From contig CDLV01000006.1 of the NCBI GenBank assembly GCA_001244265.2, positions 1,798,001 through 1,862,000 on the forward strand: 64,000 nt of DNA, given 5' to 3'. The stretch comes from Microbotryum violaceum (taxonomy: Eukaryota). Numbering within the stretch: the first letter of the stretch is position 1; each line of letters opens with the position of its first letter. This document shows, in pieces, positions 62,331-64,000 of this stretch. The translations under genes were made by a program, and so were the position numbers. The notes beneath the pieces are model-generated. The model was not told where the DNA came from. It saw only the letters and a program-made list of their open reading frames with translations, and made no database searches.

Positions 62331-64000
62331 GCTGTAGTGTGAGGTAAGCGAGAGAGAGAGGCAGCGGAGTGGTCAGCGAACGCGGCCTGCGGAGAGCGCG
62401 AGCCCGACTCGAGAGCCAAAGCGGGACAGTGAGCGCAGGCGTGGCCGTGGGCCGTGGGTGTGCGGCGGGCTGGGCTGCGAGCGAGCGTGGAGCGTGGGAG
62501 GGGCGAGGGGCGATCGGCGGCTTCGATAGGTCGAATACGTAGTGATGATGGTGCCCGTGATCGAGCCAACGGATCAATGACAACCCCGGCACTCCACAAG
62601 TAGCATCTCGCTAGCCATAACAGCGTCATGCTACTGGGTTGGGAGATGCGTCCTGCTGCCTAGTTGGTGCTGATCTGGCATGCCGTCGCGTGGGTGCGTG
62701 ACACACCGAGCTACGACACCCCCAGCCCCAGCCCTCATCTTTTACATCCTGTTCTACTGTCCACTTGTGCCCACTGGCCTCCACGAACGTCACCAGCCGT
62801 GAGTGGCGGTCGGCGCAGTTCGCCGTCGGGTTCCTCGCCGCGGCGGGGGTCGTCGTTGCCGCCGTCGTCGTCGAGCTCGCGGCGAGCGGGGTGGACGAAA
62901 TTCTGCCCGTCGCAAGGGCCAGCCTCGAGCGGGGCGAGTCGTCGAGGTCGTTCGGCGTGGGTCGAGGGGTGTACGCTGATCTCGTCGGATTCGGATGGTT
63001 GTCTCCACAACGGCACTCGGCACGGTAGGGTAGGGCGCAGGCTATACTCACATGTTGTCGATGGGTAGGAGGCTGAGCAAAACTCGAGGCGAGGCGCAGG
63101 CTTGACCCTAGCCTCTCAGCGCTCTCAGCCTCCGCCTTTGCCTTTTTGCCCCGGCGCATTGCCCCCTCCAGCCCAGCCCACCCGCCCAGCACCAACTCGT
63201 CGAGAAGCAAAATTGTTAGCCGCCCCCTCGCGGTCCTTACCGCCAGGCTCAAAACGCAAGAAGTAGCGTTGCAGCAAACTTCATACATCGTTCTGGGAGA
63301 TTTTTGAAAGGGTCCATAAATACATTGAAAATTCTGCTTCACAAGGCTCGTAAAAAGCCTACAATTTTTCGCCTGTATGGTGAGACGCAGGCAAACTTGA
63401 AGCCTTGAAGCGAATCGGCCGCAGGGAGGAAAACTGCAGGATCCTGGTTCGTTCCCGTTTGCTTCCCATCCCTCCACCTCCACGCTCCACGCTGATTCTA
63501 CTCTGGAATCCCCAACTCCTTAATTTCTCTCTCCTCCGCCATGCTCGTACTTCAGTACCCATCTTGAGTTCCCTCTTTCTGCACCACCGCCCTCGAGGTG
63601 CAACAGCCTCTCTTAAAGCCGCCGATGCAGCTGCGAAGCTTTTCCTTCGAGTTTCTTCACGTCAGCCCGTTTTCGATCACAGGCCTCGTCGATTTGTCTG
63701 CTACCGCCAGCACGAACAGATGTATTGCCGATGATACCACAGGATCTGACCACCTCTTCGTGACTGTGACCACTGGGGCACGGGAGGAAACGGCTTTCCC
63801 TTTTCCTCGCGAAGGAGCTCGAGATCGTGAGAGTCGACCCGGAAGGAGGGGGGGACCTTGCGGTCTCGGCTGTTACCACGTGAGCAAATTTTTCATACAT
63901 TTCCTTTCTTCCCAAGCCTTTGTCTCGTGCTCGTCCGGTCTCGATTATATCTACCTGAGCCGCTTTCGACAATCAAGTCCTCTTTGGCTTTTCCCCTTCC

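Noticed and set aside
1-64000. Hundreds of overlapping ORFs in the six-frame track
   Set aside because: Mostly antisense or off-frame shadows of spliced genes in GC-rich DNA, many with TTG/GTG starts that are not normal eukaryotic initiators.
1-64000. Prokaryote-type systems (CRISPR array, operons, defence islands) or a secondary-metabolite cluster
   Set aside because: The sequence is eukaryotic with spliceosomal introns. I saw no repeat-spacer array and no PKS, NRPS or terpene synthase gene.

Overview
Intron-rich fungal genomic DNA, most consistent with a basidiomycete yeast (probably Pucciniomycotina/Microbotryomycetes-like, inferred from the GC-rich sequence, GTGAGT/GTGCGT/GTCAGT donors, CTGAC/CTAAC branch sites and protein motifs). 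I reconstructed by eye 22 spliced protein-coding genes, mostly housekeeping. In order: GDP-mannose pyrophosphorylase, nitronate monooxygenase, NIPA Mg2+ transporter, NADH pyrophosphatase, a 4-TM unknown, MGM101, RPF1, COX7, CWC15, MET2, CRY-DASH, a GNAT, MPP10, NDUFA4, IML2/TTC39, an Sst2/FlbA-type RGS, a large golgin-like protein, an unknown, TRM10, NDUFAF5, KEX1 and RPS3. I saw no rRNA, tRNA, CRISPR array or intact transposon, and I cannot support a wholly new multi-gene system. The best leads are at RNA-processing and sequence level: an IML2 intron that must be removed but starts GGGAGT inside a 7-bp hairpin; a COX7 start codon split by an intron (A^TG); several introns with 110-190 nt AG-free zones; a 1-nt frameshift in MET2; a perfect 27-bp in-frame duplication beside the KEX1 catalytic Asp; a 120-bp CpG-decayed dispersed repeat in two copies; CGATCAC repeats upstream of CRY-DASH; and GM130-like and golgin-45-like termini on a ~1,440-aa protein. 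Gene identities come from remembered family motifs, not database searches, and exon boundaries are manual.
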